From assembly GCA_026110335.1 (NCBI GenBank), contig GCA_026110335.1_3055.1: a DNA stretch of 64,000 nucleotides. One strand, written 5' to 3'. The translations under genes were made by a program, and so were the position numbers. This DNA is from a phage. The notes under the pieces are model-generated. The model had not been told where the DNA came from and searched no databases. It saw only the letters and a list, made by a program, of their open reading frames with translations. Shown here one piece after another: positions 33,500 through 43,834 of this stretch. The first letter of the stretch is position 1; each line of letters begins with the position of its first letter.

Positions 33500-33763
33500 T
33501 CATAGTTCAATCTCAATGATTTCAAGATTATTTTCTTTAATAGCTTTCTTTAAATCATCGTAAATAAGAACTTCCCAAGAATTGTTTAAATCACCATTCA
33601 ACAAACGCTCTTGTTGCAATTTATCAGTCAGATATGGTTGATCTGATTCATATTTAGACAATCCCAATGAAATAAATGATGTTGCATCGTCAATTTCAGA
33701 ATATTGTACATAAACAAATTCACCTGTGATTTTATGTTTAACATAAAAGAATTTAAATTTCAT
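33500..33763 (-). CDS. hypothetical protein (87 aa)
   Basis: ORF track; preceded by early promoter. Confidence 0.5.
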   Translation of the reverse strand: MKFKFFYVKHKITGEFVYVQYSEIDDATSFISLGLSKYESDQPYLTDKLQQERLLNGDLNNSWEVLIYDDLKKAIKENNLEIIEIEL

Positions 33764-33790
33764 TTTTGTTCCTCTGTAGTTGATAGTTGT

Positions 33791-33820
33791 ATAGTACCAC
33801 AGTCCTTGTGGTATGTAAAC
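33791..33820 (-). promoter_or_regulatory. T4-type early promoter
   Basis: GTTTAC-N18-TACTAT; same cassette sequence as at 13469 and 30145. Confidence 0.6.
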
Positions 33821-33836
33821 CGTTTTGTGAAATTTT

Positions 33837-34394
33837 TTAAATGGAAAGATACCATCCGTTGTAGTTGCTTTTTCTTACAACCTTACGAAGGTCTTCTCTA
33901 TCACCGATGAACTTCGGAGTGTACTGGATGACACCTGGGTGAATTTCTTTAGTGTTGAATATAATTATACAGTCAGCGACCTGATGATTCAGAATGGGCC
34001 CTAGATTTATTCCAGAACCATATGGATACTCTCCGCTGCATCCTGTTGTTACAGAAATCCAACGTGAGTCAGTTTGATGTGTCTTAACTTCTACACGAAG
34101 CCCGCAGTATCTTGGATGCGCCAATACATCCCATGCGTATGTATACGGGTCATTAACGTCCTCTTGGCCTTTGTTAACATACCCGCTTAGCCAATCTGCT
34201 ACAAAAAACTCTGCGTACACCGCGATACGGCATCTTTCGATAACTTCTGCTTTATCCTGGTTCGGGTTTTGTTTTAAAGAGTATCTTGCTGTATCAGCAA
34301 TTTTGACCTTCATTTCACTAGTCAAATCACTGTTCGATAGGGTAAATGTCGGAATCTGAAATAGTCTCTGTAAACCCGGATTCGTTTTCTGCAT
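33837..34394 (-). CDS. denB: endonuclease IV
   Basis: 185 aa; position between rIIB and ndd; length matches T4 DenB. Confidence 0.8.
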   Translation of the reverse strand: MQKTNPGLQRLFQIPTFTLSNSDLTSEMKVKIADTARYSLKQNPNQDKAEVIERCRIAVYAEFFVADWLSGYVNKGQEDVNDPYTYAWDVLAHPRYCGLRVEVKTHQTDSRWISVTTGCSGEYPYGSGINLGPILNHQVADCIIIFNTKEIHPGVIQYTPKFIGDREDLRKVVRKSNYNGWYLSI

Positions 34395-34656
34395 TTAGAC
34401 TTTCCTTTTTACCGCTGAGATAAGCGTTATATACTTTAAGAGTGCCGTAATAAATTCGGTCATTTTCATCTAAAGACTCACGGTCAAGCTCATCGAGTTC
34501 CTTTTTATCCATGACTATAACATCATTACAGTAAAGAAACCCAAGTTTTTCGTGACCAAACTCAAATTTATTACAGTACACAATATTAGCGTGATGATTT
34601 CCGTGTAGAGAAATTTCTTTTATGTCGGAATCACCGATATTCATACAATAAATCAT
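34327..34656 (-). CDS. hypothetical protein (about 109 aa), denB.1-like
   Basis: Start set at MIYCMNIGD with AAGGA RBS; 3' end overlaps denB start. Confidence 0.4.
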   Translation of the reverse strand: MIYCMNIGDSDIKEISLHGNHHANIVYCNKFEFGHEKLGFLYCNDVIVMDKKELDELDRESLDENDRIYYGTLKVYNAYLSGKKESLNAENESGFTETISDSDIYPIEQ

Positions 34657-34693
34657 AATTTTCCTTAAAACAAAGGGGCCGAAGCCCCTTATT

Positions 34694-34888
34694 TTATTTG
34701 AATTGTGCAATTCTTTTCTCTAAACAATCTGCATAAGATTTCATTGAGATAAATTGTGAAAGCAACAGTTCTTGCTCAACTGCATTAACTGTTAGAAACT
34801 TTGTGCTTTCTAAAAATTTGCTCAGTGCATTAATTTTGAGCATTAATTGATCGTATTCTTCTTTTACTCGTGCTTGATAACCTAACAT
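34694..34888 (-). CDS. hypothetical protein (64 aa), rIIB.1-like
   Basis: ORF track; followed by stable tetraloop hairpin. Confidence 0.45.
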   Translation of the reverse strand: MLGYQARVKEEYDQLMLKINALSKFLESTKFLTVNAVEQELLLSQFISMKSYADCLEKRIAQFK

Positions 34889-34920
34889 AATTTTCCTTAA
34901 TATGATAAGGGCCGAAGCCC

Positions 34921-35859
34921 TTATTTAAATTGTTCAGTAACGTCTTCAACTACTTCGTATTGGCAGGTACGCATTTTAGCATCGTTGTAATCAATCGGAA
35001 TTGATACTACATCACGCGGATGTACTTTAACTTTTACAACTCGGCTGGTTGAACTGCCAAAGTGACGAATATAAGATTTAGAACACACATGCAGACCGCG
35101 AGAACAAGTTTGTGTATCATCGTCATTCACACGAGTACGTGGCATTTTAACTACTTTACCAGGACTGTTATCAAAGGTGTTTGAGTGACAGTCAAAGTAA
35201 TTGTTGCGAACTACTTTCCAAGCATAGAAGTAACCATCTTCTGTAATTTCAATATCGTTTGCTACCAAGAAATCAAAGAGTCGAGATACCGCTTTTTGGC
35301 TTGGGTTTTCCAACAGATTTTCCAAGAACGGAAAATAAAATTCAAAGTTTTCACCTTTTTCCATCGAATCGAGAATACGATCAACCAAACCAGACCGCAA
35401 TTCGATATTTTGATAGAACAAGCTTCCACCTTCAATTCGAACATCGCCGGAAATATATTTTTCAACAGCGCGACGAACATTAATTTTTTGCGCAGCTTCT
35501 TCCAGCTTATCCGCTACAAGCAGATTAAGAATTTCCTGGAAGTTTGAATGAGTATTAGGAGTTGCGTTATAAGTTACACCGTCAACAGTAATTGAAATGA
35601 ATTTTTTAGATGCATTCCAAATAATGTCAGATTTAGCAACTGGAGCAATAACTGCATCGCTATTAACTTTAACTGTAATATCACCGCTAATAGTAACTTT
35701 AGGGCGTTTAGCTTCTTCAGCATTTTTCAAAACACGACGGATTGTGTCAACCGATACACCTTGCCAATCAGCCAATTCCTGTTGGGTGTAATTACCACTT
35801 GAATACAGCTTAACAATTTCAGCTTGTTCGTTTTTGGTCAGGCATTTAATATTGTACAT
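34921..35859 (-). CDS. rIIB: RIIB
   Basis: 312 aa MYNIKCLTKNEQAEIVKLYSSG...; matches recalled T4 rIIB. Confidence 0.92.
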   Translation of the reverse strand: MYNIKCLTKNEQAEIVKLYSSGNYTQQELADWQGVSVDTIRRVLKNAEEAKRPKVTISGDITVKVNSDAVIAPVAKSDIIWNASKKFISITVDGVTYNATPNTHSNFQEILNLLVADKLEEAAQKINVRRAVEKYISGDVRIEGGSLFYQNIELRSGLVDRILDSMEKGENFEFYFPFLENLLENPSQKAVSRLFDFLVANDIEITEDGYFYAWKVVRNNYFDCHSNTFDNSPGKVVKMPRTRVNDDDTQTCSRGLHVCSKSYIRHFGSSTSRVVKVKVHPRDVVSIPIDYNDAKMRTCQYEVVEDVTEQFK

Positions 35860-35870
35860 AATTTTCCTTA

Positions 35871-38048
35871 TTAGGCCGCAAGGGCCTTCATAGTTTTAGC
35901 GATTTGGGAAACTTCATCATCACTTAAAGAATTGCGATAACCGATGAAGTCGGAAACAATACGGAATTTCTTGGTAAACTCAGCAACCATTTTATCACTG
36001 TTTTTTGAAGCATTATTTGATAATACATCAAAAAGATTAGTTACTGTCCAGATGTCATGACCGATGGTATCTCTTCCACCATTAAAATATACACCCTGTA
36101 ATGAACTAACCATATTAGCGAGTCGTGTATATTCTTCAGAAACTTCATCTACACTGAAGTACTTCATCATAAAATCTAGTTCAGGATACTTGATAATTTT
36201 ATCAATATATCGTTTAGCTGAACTTGAATAACCTACGTACTTATCATAATCTACATCATCAAAAGCATCTACATATAAATCACGCAAAGCTTCAAAAATA
36301 CATTGGCACTGACCGAGTTCTTTTACCTTTTTCTGTAAAAGCGGACGAATAACATAAAATTCATTAATGCCAATAAGATTAGCCATACGAATCAAAATAT
36401 TCGTAGATGAATGACAAAGAGATGTAGTACCATCCATAGAGAAAATATCAGAACGATGCATATACGCTACATAACCAGTAATTTCATCTGCTTCTGACGT
36501 AAGTGTAAATAGTTCCTCTTTTTCCCATCGCCCATCTTTAATTTCAAATTTAAATGCTGTAGCAGCTTTAGGACGAGGAGCTTTACTTTTAACTACCTTT
36601 GGAATATAGCTTTTAACTAAAGCTTCGATTTCTGACAAATAATGAATGTTAACTTCATCACTTTCAAACATTGCCATAATATCAGGAAGCAAATCAATCT
36701 GCGATTCTACTTCTGGGTTAATAAACAGAAGACGCTCATTGTGATGAATATTTAAAGTATTATTAAATTCACTATCATCTAACGCACGTGCTAATCCACG
36801 GACAATATTAACACGATTTTTAATATCATCAATAACGATATTAATTTTTGTTGTATTAATACCAAACAGACGATAGCTTGATGCAACGGCTGAAGTTTCA
36901 TGGCTTTGCTTAATACGTTTCAGCCGAGGGTCAAGATTTACTTCATACACAACTCCTGCATTGCATAACTTACTGTCAGGTTCAAACATGCTCTGCATCT
37001 TCTTATATGACAGATTTTTAGTCGTGAATTTGACTGAATTACTAATCATATAATCTCGAGCAGAATACCCCATCTTCATTAATTCGCGATATGTATGACG
37101 AGGAGATGTAGATTCTTTAAATCGTTTTACATCTTCATTAAATGCTTTCTCACTGAGTTCTTTAACTCGTTCAATAATATTTTTACGAGTGCGATCATCC
37201 AGCGAAAGAGCCTCGCGAGATGGAGCAATATCAAGTGAACCCATTGGAAACTTAATGTAATTCACTTCATTGCGAATGCTTAACCAGTTGCGGTCTCTAA
37301 TAACACCATCAATAGGATAAACAATACCGCCGTAGATAGCATATAATCCACCACGATCAGGCCAGTATCTTTCTGGATTTACACCGTAATAGTCATCAAA
37401 ATCCGGAAAATAATCAATTTCGCGGTCAAGACCATTAATGATAGCCAAATCTTTGAATGGTCGCATGATATAAGAAACTTCATAAGCAAAGTTTCTAAAG
37501 TCTTTTTCTTCAACTGGAACTACGATTTCAATACCAGTTTTATCATCTGGACCCATTTCTTTTACGAATGTAGGTTTAATCTGCGGGCCATCGCCATCCA
37601 TGTAAGCTACATAACCACGAATTTCACCTTTATGATACGAAGTAATACTAAATGTATCAGTATAACTAAATGGAGATTTAGAACCTAAACCAAATCCGCC
37701 AATGAAATCATTAGATTCAGCCTTAGATGAACTGAAGTATGAATTATACAGACCAGGAGAATTATCATCACCCTGAATATCAAAATCACTCATACCCGGA
37801 CCAAAATCTCGACAAACAAATCGTGGATCTAAACGTCCAGGAACTTGTATGATAAATTTTTCAGGATTTCCATTGAGTGCATGGGCATCAATCATGTTAG
37901 TAATCAATTCACGGACTACTGCGCGAATTTTGTTTGTATACAAATCAGATGACAGAATTTTAAATACTTTAGGAGATGCTGTGATGCTAAATGCTTTTGA
38001 TTTAGAACCATTACCAAGAATAGTTTCTTTTTCAGTGGTGATAATCAT
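35871..38048 (-). CDS. rIIA: RIIA
   Basis: 725 aa; GHKL-type ATPase-like N-terminus; adjacent to rIIB. Confidence 0.92.
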   Translation of the reverse strand: MIITTEKETILGNGSKSKAFSITASPKVFKILSSDLYTNKIRAVVRELITNMIDAHALNGNPEKFIIQVPGRLDPRFVCRDFGPGMSDFDIQGDDNSPGLYNSYFSSSKAESNDFIGGFGLGSKSPFSYTDTFSITSYHKGEIRGYVAYMDGDGPQIKPTFVKEMGPDDKTGIEIVVPVEEKDFRNFAYEVSYIMRPFKDLAIINGLDREIDYFPDFDDYYGVNPERYWPDRGGLYAIYGGIVYPIDGVIRDRNWLSIRNEVNYIKFPMGSLDIAPSREALSLDDRTRKNIIERVKELSEKAFNEDVKRFKESTSPRHTYRELMKMGYSARDYMISNSVKFTTKNLSYKKMQSMFEPDSKLCNAGVVYEVNLDPRLKRIKQSHETSAVASSYRLFGINTTKINIVIDDIKNRVNIVRGLARALDDSEFNNTLNIHHNERLLFINPEVESQIDLLPDIMAMFESDEVNIHYLSEIEALVKSYIPKVVKSKAPRPKAATAFKFEIKDGRWEKEELFTLTSEADEITGYVAYMHRSDIFSMDGTTSLCHSSTNILIRMANLIGINEFYVIRPLLQKKVKELGQCQCIFEALRDLYVDAFDDVDYDKYVGYSSSAKRYIDKIIKYPELDFMMKYFSVDEVSEEYTRLANMVSSLQGVYFNGGRDTIGHDIWTVTNLFDVLSNNASKNSDKMVAEFTKKFRIVSDFIGYRNSLSDDEVSQIAKTMKALAA

Positions 38049-38058
38049 AATTTCCTCA

Positions 38059-38262
38059 TTAATTCATATTACGCTTAATAACTTCAGCAACTTCTAGTAG
38101 TTCATCTTTAGTTGCGGTGTCGGATTGAATTTTATCTCTAATATCCTTAAAGCGGTTTTTAAATTCTTCGGCTTCTCCCATATCGAAAAAGCGTTGAATG
38201 ATTCTATATTCTCGATGAACTGCTTTATCAAAAAGTTCTAAATTTACTCTATATGATTTCAT
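38059..38262 (-). CDS. hypothetical protein (67 aa), rIIA.1-like
   Basis: ORF track; position upstream of rIIA. Confidence 0.5.
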   Translation of the reverse strand: MKSYRVNLELFDKAVHREYRIIQRFFDMGEAEEFKNRFKDIRDKIQSDTATKDELLEVAEVIKRNMN

Positions 38263-38287
38263 TTCAATATCCTCATTTGCCCAATTA

Positions 38288-38317
38288 ATTATACCACATC
38301 CTTGTGGTAAAGTAAAC
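38288..38317 (-). promoter_or_regulatory. T4-type early promoter for rIIA.1-rIIA
   Basis: GTTTAC-N18-TATAAT on minus strand. Confidence 0.6.
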
Positions 38318-40134
38318 TACTGGCTCATCCATTCTTTACGAAGGTCAGCGTTATCTCCCATGAGCATTTCAAAAAGCTCTTTCCAATTCTCAGGAAGTTT
38401 AACAACATCATATACTGGATTTTGAATCATCTCACGATATTCAGATTTTTCCAAAGAGCCAAGTCCCTTAATATAACGGATGCTATGTTTAGGTAGAGCA
38501 TCTTTGGCACTCTCATATTCAGCGACTGTATAAAACCATTCTTGTTTTTTACCGACCTGAGCGATGATTACAGGAGTTTTGACAAAGCGAATTCGTCCTT
38601 GCTCAAACAATTCTGGCCAATTACTAAAAAATCCGAGCAGAGAAGGATAAATGCTTCCTAGACCATCGTGGTCAGCATCAGTCATAATAGCGATATTATG
38701 ATAATTCAAGTTTTCAGCTTTTTCACCAAGAACTAATCCAGTGATTGCGCAAATATCAAATAGTTCTTTGTTTTTAAGCATATCTGCATAAGACATACCC
38801 CAGCTGTTGAGAACTTTACCACGCAATGGATAACCACCGTGAAGTTCTTTATCACGAACATCAATAAGATAGCCGATAGCAGAATCACCCTCAGTCAAGA
38901 AAAGAGTAGTATCAGCATCTTTACCACAAAGATTCGCTTTAATATGTTTATGAACCTTAGCTTTAGAAGCCTTTTTAGCTGCTTTAGTTTCTGCTGCTTT
39001 TTCTGCCGCCAATTTACGAGCTAGTGCAGCTTCAATAATCGGCATCAAAATCGCTTCATTATTTAGAATAGCGCGTGAAATCTTTTTAGCATCAAGTTGA
39101 ATATGACTACGGATTTCACCAAATGGAGAAGTCAAACGCTCTTTAGTTTGAGAATCAAATCGCATGTTTTTCATATCACGAACAAACATAACGATAGTCA
39201 AACATTCTTTAACACGCGCTTTAGTTACATCAATTTTGAACTTGCGTTTGATTTGTGGAATAAGGTCTTCACAAATATCATCCATAACACAGTCAATGTG
39301 ATGGCCACCATTCTTAGTGTGAATGTTATTGACGTACGTCAACTGACGAAAACCATCCGGTGAACGACCAACCGCAATAGAACAATTTTCTTGTTCTTGA
39401 ACGATAGCATGTTCATCATACTGTCGTGCATATTTCTTAAAATTGCCCTGAACCTTTTTACCATTAAAGGTAAATTGAATATCAGGATAAACAACAGCAA
39501 GTGTCTGGAGACGATCTAGTGTAATGTCAAGATAAACTTGGGACAGCTCATTAGTTTCAAATGACATAAAATCAGGAATGAAAGTAACACGAGTTCCTTT
39601 CCATTTTCCAGGAATATCTTCCCATGATTTATTTTCCATGCCATTTGAACAACGAACTACAATATTATTTTGACCATCACCAGTTTCACCAACAAACATC
39701 ACAGAAAAAATGTTTGTCAAACTAGAACCAACACCATTCATACCGCCAGTGACGCGCTCTTTATCATCACCGAAGTTACCACCTGCTTTTGGAATAGTCC
39801 ATGCAGCAACAGGGCCAGGAATTTCTTCACCAGTAGGTGTTTTAACCATCGCTTGTGGAATACCACGACCGTTATCTTCAACTGTTACTTGATTGTTTTT
39901 AATAGTAACATTAATTTTATTTGCGAATTTAAACTTAGTACGAATACCTTCATCTACTGAGTTATCGATAATTTCATCAATAAGCTTAACAAGACCAGGT
40001 ACATACTGAACACTTTCCCATTTACCAAACAGAAAGCGCTCATGCATTTCATTAGCAGAAGAGCCAATATACATGCCGCTACGCTTTTTGATATGTTCAA
40101 TATCGCTCAGAATTTTAATTTCATTCTTAATCAT
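38317..40134 (-). CDS. 39: DNA topoisomerase II large (ATPase) subunit, fused 39+60 form
   Basis: 605 aa single ORF spanning GHKL ATPase and TOPRIM regions; no split or bypass element. Confidence 0.9.
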   Translation of the reverse strand: MIKNEIKILSDIEHIKKRSGMYIGSSANEMHERFLFGKWESVQYVPGLVKLIDEIIDNSVDEGIRTKFKFANKINVTIKNNQVTVEDNGRGIPQAMVKTPTGEEIPGPVAAWTIPKAGGNFGDDKERVTGGMNGVGSSLTNIFSVMFVGETGDGQNNIVVRCSNGMENKSWEDIPGKWKGTRVTFIPDFMSFETNELSQVYLDITLDRLQTLAVVYPDIQFTFNGKKVQGNFKKYARQYDEHAIVQEQENCSIAVGRSPDGFRQLTYVNNIHTKNGGHHIDCVMDDICEDLIPQIKRKFKIDVTKARVKECLTIVMFVRDMKNMRFDSQTKERLTSPFGEIRSHIQLDAKKISRAILNNEAILMPIIEAALARKLAAEKAAETKAAKKASKAKVHKHIKANLCGKDADTTLFLTEGDSAIGYLIDVRDKELHGGYPLRGKVLNSWGMSYADMLKNKELFDICAITGLVLGEKAENLNYHNIAIMTDADHDGLGSIYPSLLGFFSNWPELFEQGRIRFVKTPVIIAQVGKKQEWFYTVAEYESAKDALPKHSIRYIKGLGSLEKSEYREMIQNPVYDVVKLPENWKELFEMLMGDNADLRKEWMSQ

Positions 40135-40202
40135 CACTTATCCTCGTTTGGTTTCGGGAATATTATACTCCAATAATCATAAAGCTAAAGGCCCGAAGGC
40201 CT

Positions 40203-40463
40203 TTATTTAAAACGGATAGTTGAATCCTTAAAGAACAGCCCAGAACATACTGTTCCTTCTACTTTCTGCCCAGTAGGTCCAATAGCACGAAATCCAGTAT
40301 GCTGGAAATCATTTTCAGAGCAACCGAACCAATTATATCCAGTGATTTCAATATTAGTAAAACCACTTGAAGACAAAACTTTAGTTGCATTATCAGCATC
40401 AGTACATCCTACTAAAGACACTACTAATACTAATGCTGCAATAGAACGATTAATATATTTCAT
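40203..40463 (-). CDS. putative lipoprotein (86 aa)
   Basis: Signal peptide with lipobox LVGC (MKYINRSIAALVLVVSLVGCTD). Confidence 0.5.
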   Translation of the reverse strand: MKYINRSIAALVLVVSLVGCTDADNATKVLSSSGFTNIEITGYNWFGCSENDFQHTGFRAIGPTGQKVEGTVCSGLFFKDSTIRFK

Positions 40464-40465
40464 AA

Positions 40466-40642
40466 TTACCCTTTAAGCAAGTCGTAAAAACCACCATTCA
40501 CATGCTTAGGAGCGGAAACTAACCGAATAGCAATCCGATGACAATCAGGACATACATCAGTATCCCTTTCAGAAATTTTCTTGATTTTTTCGTATTCTTT
40601 TGCGCAGTCTTTGGATTGACATTTATAATCATAAAGAGGCAT
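40466..40642 (-). CDS. small zinc-ribbon protein (58 aa)
   Basis: Hand-translated MPLYDYKCQSKDCAKEYEKIKKISERDTDVCPDCHRIAIRLVSAPKHVNGGFYDLLKG; two CxxC pairs. Confidence 0.45.
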   Translation of the reverse strand: MPLYDYKCQSKDCAKEYEKIKKISERDTDVCPDCHRIAIRLVSAPKHVNGGFYDLLKG

Positions 40643-40644
40643 AA

Positions 40645-41064
40645 TTATTCCTTAAAGTGAGCTTTCAACATCTGATACAAGGACCATGCCTGTTCATTAT
40701 TTTCAATAATAACTTCCATGACAGGAAATTCGGCGAAATCTTCTATTTGTTCTTGCTCTTCCTGCTCTTGCTCTTCAGCTGCCTGATATGGATTTTCCAC
40801 TTCATCAAAGAACCCAGCTTCGTTAGTAGAGAGCCAGATAAAGTTTTCGTCAAGGATATCACCACCGGCACAACGTTTGAGCACACCTATGGATGTCATA
40901 ATTTTAGTAGGACGCCCAAGATAATCAGCATCTAAAATTTTAAAAGGCTCCATACCTAAACGCCGCGCATAGATTCCGTTATCAGTATGGTCTTTAATAA
41001 AAGACTCTTGAGCTTGTTTATTTTTAAATTGATACCATTTATTAACTTCAAATTTAATAGCCAT
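40645..41064 (-). CDS. hypothetical protein (139 aa) with acidic EQEQEEQEQ stretch
   Basis: ORF track; position near goF of T4 but not verified. Confidence 0.45.
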   Translation of the reverse strand: MAIKFEVNKWYQFKNKQAQESFIKDHTDNGIYARRLGMEPFKILDADYLGRPTKIMTSIGVLKRCAGGDILDENFIWLSTNEAGFFDEVENPYQAAEEQEQEEQEQIEDFAEFPVMEVIIENNEQAWSLYQMLKAHFKE

Positions 41065-41282
41065 TAATAAATTTCCTTCCAGTAAGTTGTACCGTCTTCA
41101 GTGATTTCACGGAATACACCATAAATCGGTTGTTTATCACCGACTTTCTCATACACATAAACAGAAGTCAAGTGAGTAAACTTGCTAGTATGTTCCTTTT
41201 GAACTACTACCAAATTTGGATCAAATAATACATCTTCAAATTCATCATTAGTGCAATTCTGAACAATTTTACGTTTCATCAT
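41064..41282 (-). CDS. hypothetical protein (72 aa)
   Basis: ORF track; position near cef of T4 but not verified. Confidence 0.4.
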   Translation of the reverse strand: MMKRKIVQNCTNDEFEDVLFDPNLVVVQKEHTSKFTHLTSVYVYEKVGDKQPIYGVFREITEDGTTYWKEIY

Positions 41283-41380
41283 AATTTCCTCATTAATTGA
41301 ACATTGGAGCGATGCGTTTCAGAAGAGTATCAGCGCACCTTTAACGAATTATTCATTTTATTCTTCAAGTTGTTTTCTGT

Positions 41381-41423
41381 ATCAGTAGTTGATATTGATA
41401 TAGTACCATAATCAACTACTGAT
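41381..41423. repeat. 13-bp perfect inverted repeat (ATCAGTAGTTGAT ... ATCAACTACTGAT) with 17-nt spacer
   Basis: Read directly from sequence; spacer contains a TACTAT -10-like element. Confidence 0.6.
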
Positions 41424-41452
41424 GTATATAGTTTTATGAAAAATTTTAAACT

Positions 41453-41950
41453 TTATGCACAGCGAGCTTTGCTATAGTGTTTAATCCAACTTTCAGGAAT
41501 GACTTTGTATGTTCCTAAAAATACCGCGTTGTACAACTTAACGCCATCTTCTACCCATTGATCGGTAATGTATGCACACATAGCACGAGTACGATGTTTT
41601 TGAACAACCCCTTCCTCATCTTCGGTAAATTCGAATTCATAAGGAGCAATGAACTTAATAGCCTGACCGAGTTTCCACTTAAAGTCTACACCTACATGCG
41701 AAGTATCAATCGTTTCAATTTCTTTAGCGGGAACAGCTTTCAAAAACGCAGATTCAAGAAATTTCGCGCGAACATAACCAAACTGAGGTTTAGACTTTCC
41801 ATCTTTAGGAATGATACGCACTTTTACTTCAGAATCTTCATCTTTAACGCCGTGTTTAAGCTGAATGCTTACAATTTCGACCAATTTTCCTGCTGCTTTA
41901 GAGCGGGATTTATCAGATACACGAGCAATTTCACCAATATTAATAATCAT
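41453..41950 (-). CDS. motB: MotB-like protein
   Basis: 165 aa; position between dexA and cef/goF region; paralogous to next ORF. Confidence 0.6.
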   Translation of the reverse strand: MIINIGEIARVSDKSRSKAAGKLVEIVSIQLKHGVKDEDSEVKVRIIPKDGKSKPQFGYVRAKFLESAFLKAVPAKEIETIDTSHVGVDFKWKLGQAIKFIAPYEFEFTEDEEGVVQKHRTRAMCAYITDQWVEDGVKLYNAVFLGTYKVIPESWIKHYSKARCA

Positions 41951-42026
41951 AGTTATCTCTCACTTGTTAAAAAGATTTTATACTCCACAGGACCATTATA
42001 CTCTGGTCCCAAGAGTTTGTAAACTA

Positions 42027-42572
42027 TTAATTCAAAATAGCTACCACCGCACTACGAGGTACTACACTAAAATCTCCTGCATGGACAACGTTCAGAAGCT
42101 CAACACCATCTTCAATCCACTGGTCTGTTACCCAACCACAGATAGGATTATCAAAAGGACGACGGATAGACACAGCAGCACACAACAGGTCTGTAGGGTC
42201 TTGTTCTTCAACTTCTTGGAACAGGATGAACTCATCTTCATAAACCAGGTTTTTCTTTATTTTGTTATTATCTAACCGGCGACCGTGGATGACGTAAGAT
42301 TTGTCAAACCACTCACTTTTGGCAAATTCTTCAACAATAAATTCGCCTTCGCCAAAAACATCAGTCAGAGTTTTATGACCAGAAATCAAGGCATTAGTTT
42401 TAATTTTAGGTTCAACCAGTTTGTAGGTTTTGCCGATTTCAATAGCGGTAGTCATAGTAGGTTCCTTAATTTCCAATGGTTTAACAGGGCATACATAAGT
42501 ACTTACAACGTCAAAATCAATCAGTTTAGCTGCCGGATTCGGTGTGTATTCAGGATTATAATTAAATTTCAT
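42027..42572 (-). CDS. MotB-like paralog (181 aa)
   Basis: C-terminal region shares motif (C..TDQW.EDGV.L.N.V..G...V.P) with 41453..41950. Confidence 0.5.
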   Translation of the reverse strand: MKFNYNPEYTPNPAAKLIDFDVVSTYVCPVKPLEIKEPTMTTAIEIGKTYKLVEPKIKTNALISGHKTLTDVFGEGEFIVEEFAKSEWFDKSYVIHGRRLDNNKIKKNLVYEDEFILFQEVEEQDPTDLLCAAVSIRRPFDNPICGWVTDQWIEDGVELLNVVHAGDFSVVPRSAVVAILN

Positions 42573-42574
42573 AA

Positions 42575-43087
42575 TTATCTCATTTCAATAAAATCTACAA
42601 GTTCAGCATGGGATTTACGGAACATTACTTGGTGCCCGCCAATGATAACTTCATCTTCAGGAACTTCATAAATCGCAATGTACATTCCACGATCTTTTAA
42701 GTCTTCACGCTCTTCTCGGGTGAACCATCTCATCATATCATATTCACTAGCGAAAGCAAAATGATATAATGAAATAAGCCACAATGGAATATAATTTTCA
42801 AATTGTGAATAATCTTTATTCCATTTAGTTTTAATAGCATCATTAGCATTTTCAACTAATAACTTATCATCATGCGGAATAGGAATACTTTCATGACTTT
42901 CATAATTATCGCTATGATGATGAAATGATGATGAATTAATACCGCAAAATTTTAGCCAAGTTCGAGTTTTCATAGAATCAAATCCACGATAAGGAGTTGA
43001 TTGAACGCATAACTCTTGCCTAATTTTCATTATACCACTATCATCATTTAATGCGCTAAACGATGATTCAACACGATAAATTTTCAT
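42575..43087 (-). CDS. hypothetical protein (170 aa)
   Basis: ORF track; preceded by early promoter. Confidence 0.5.
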   Translation of the reverse strand: MKIYRVESSFSALNDDSGIMKIRQELCVQSTPYRGFDSMKTRTWLKFCGINSSSFHHHSDNYESHESIPIPHDDKLLVENANDAIKTKWNKDYSQFENYIPLWLISLYHFAFASEYDMMRWFTREEREDLKDRGMYIAIYEVPEDEVIIGGHQVMFRKSHAELVDFIEMR

Positions 43088-43114
43088 TTTATTATCCTCA
43101 GTAGCTATGGTGTT

Positions 43115-43144
43115 ATAATACCATAACTAACCGAGGAAGTAAAC
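43115..43144 (-). promoter_or_regulatory. T4-type early promoter
   Basis: GTTTAC-N18-TATTAT. Confidence 0.5.
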
Positions 43145-43150
43145 AACTTT

Positions 43151-43834
43151 TTATCGTTTTGTTGAAAGAGACAGAGGATCGCACTCTTCCTCTGATGGAG
43201 CGTCTTCAAGACCCATAGCATACCGCAAAGCATACTTCATCATCAGGATGTCTTTCGCACAGTCATGAATAGAATTATGCGCAACAAATCCATCTAAAGT
43301 TCCCTTTGGAAGAGGACACGTGGTCATATCACGAACAAGGAGAAGTGCTTCAATTCTGGTACGAATATCACGCTGATTCCAGAATTTACATGGTTCTAAC
43401 TTAAATGTATCAAGCTCATTCTCAGAAACGCCGTTAAGGCGTTGAATATCGCGAATGAGATCGACTAAAATTGGAAAATCAAACGACATTCCACGGCACC
43501 AGCCTTGAGATTTCCAAGGATCAATATTATGCGCATTGATGTAATCATTAAATTTTGCAATACCATCAATGGTGCTTACATCTTCATCTGATGGTGCAAT
43601 ATTTTTTCTAGCTTCAGGTGATTGATTTTTCCACCATTCGATAGTGCTTTTAGTAAAAAGACGATGTCCTTTTTGGCTTTTTAAATCAAATTTGATTTTA
43701 ATGCCACGTGAAACTAGTTCATCGAATGTTTCAACGACTTCTGGATTAGGGTCAAAGGCAATAACAGCCAAATCAATAACAGCTGCCTTTTCGCCACTTC
43801 CCATTGTTTCAAAATCTATAATAAAATCAAACAT
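43151..43834 (-). CDS. dexA: exonuclease A (DEDD 3'-5' exonuclease)
   Basis: 227 aa; N-terminal D-x-E motif (IIDFETMG); position next to dda. Confidence 0.85.
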   Translation of the reverse strand: MFDFIIDFETMGSGEKAAVIDLAVIAFDPNPEVVETFDELVSRGIKIKFDLKSQKGHRLFTKSTIEWWKNQSPEARKNIAPSDEDVSTIDGIAKFNDYINAHNIDPWKSQGWCRGMSFDFPILVDLIRDIQRLNGVSENELDTFKLEPCKFWNQRDIRTRIEALLLVRDMTTCPLPKGTLDGFVAHNSIHDCAKDILMMKYALRYAMGLEDAPSEEECDPLSLSTKR

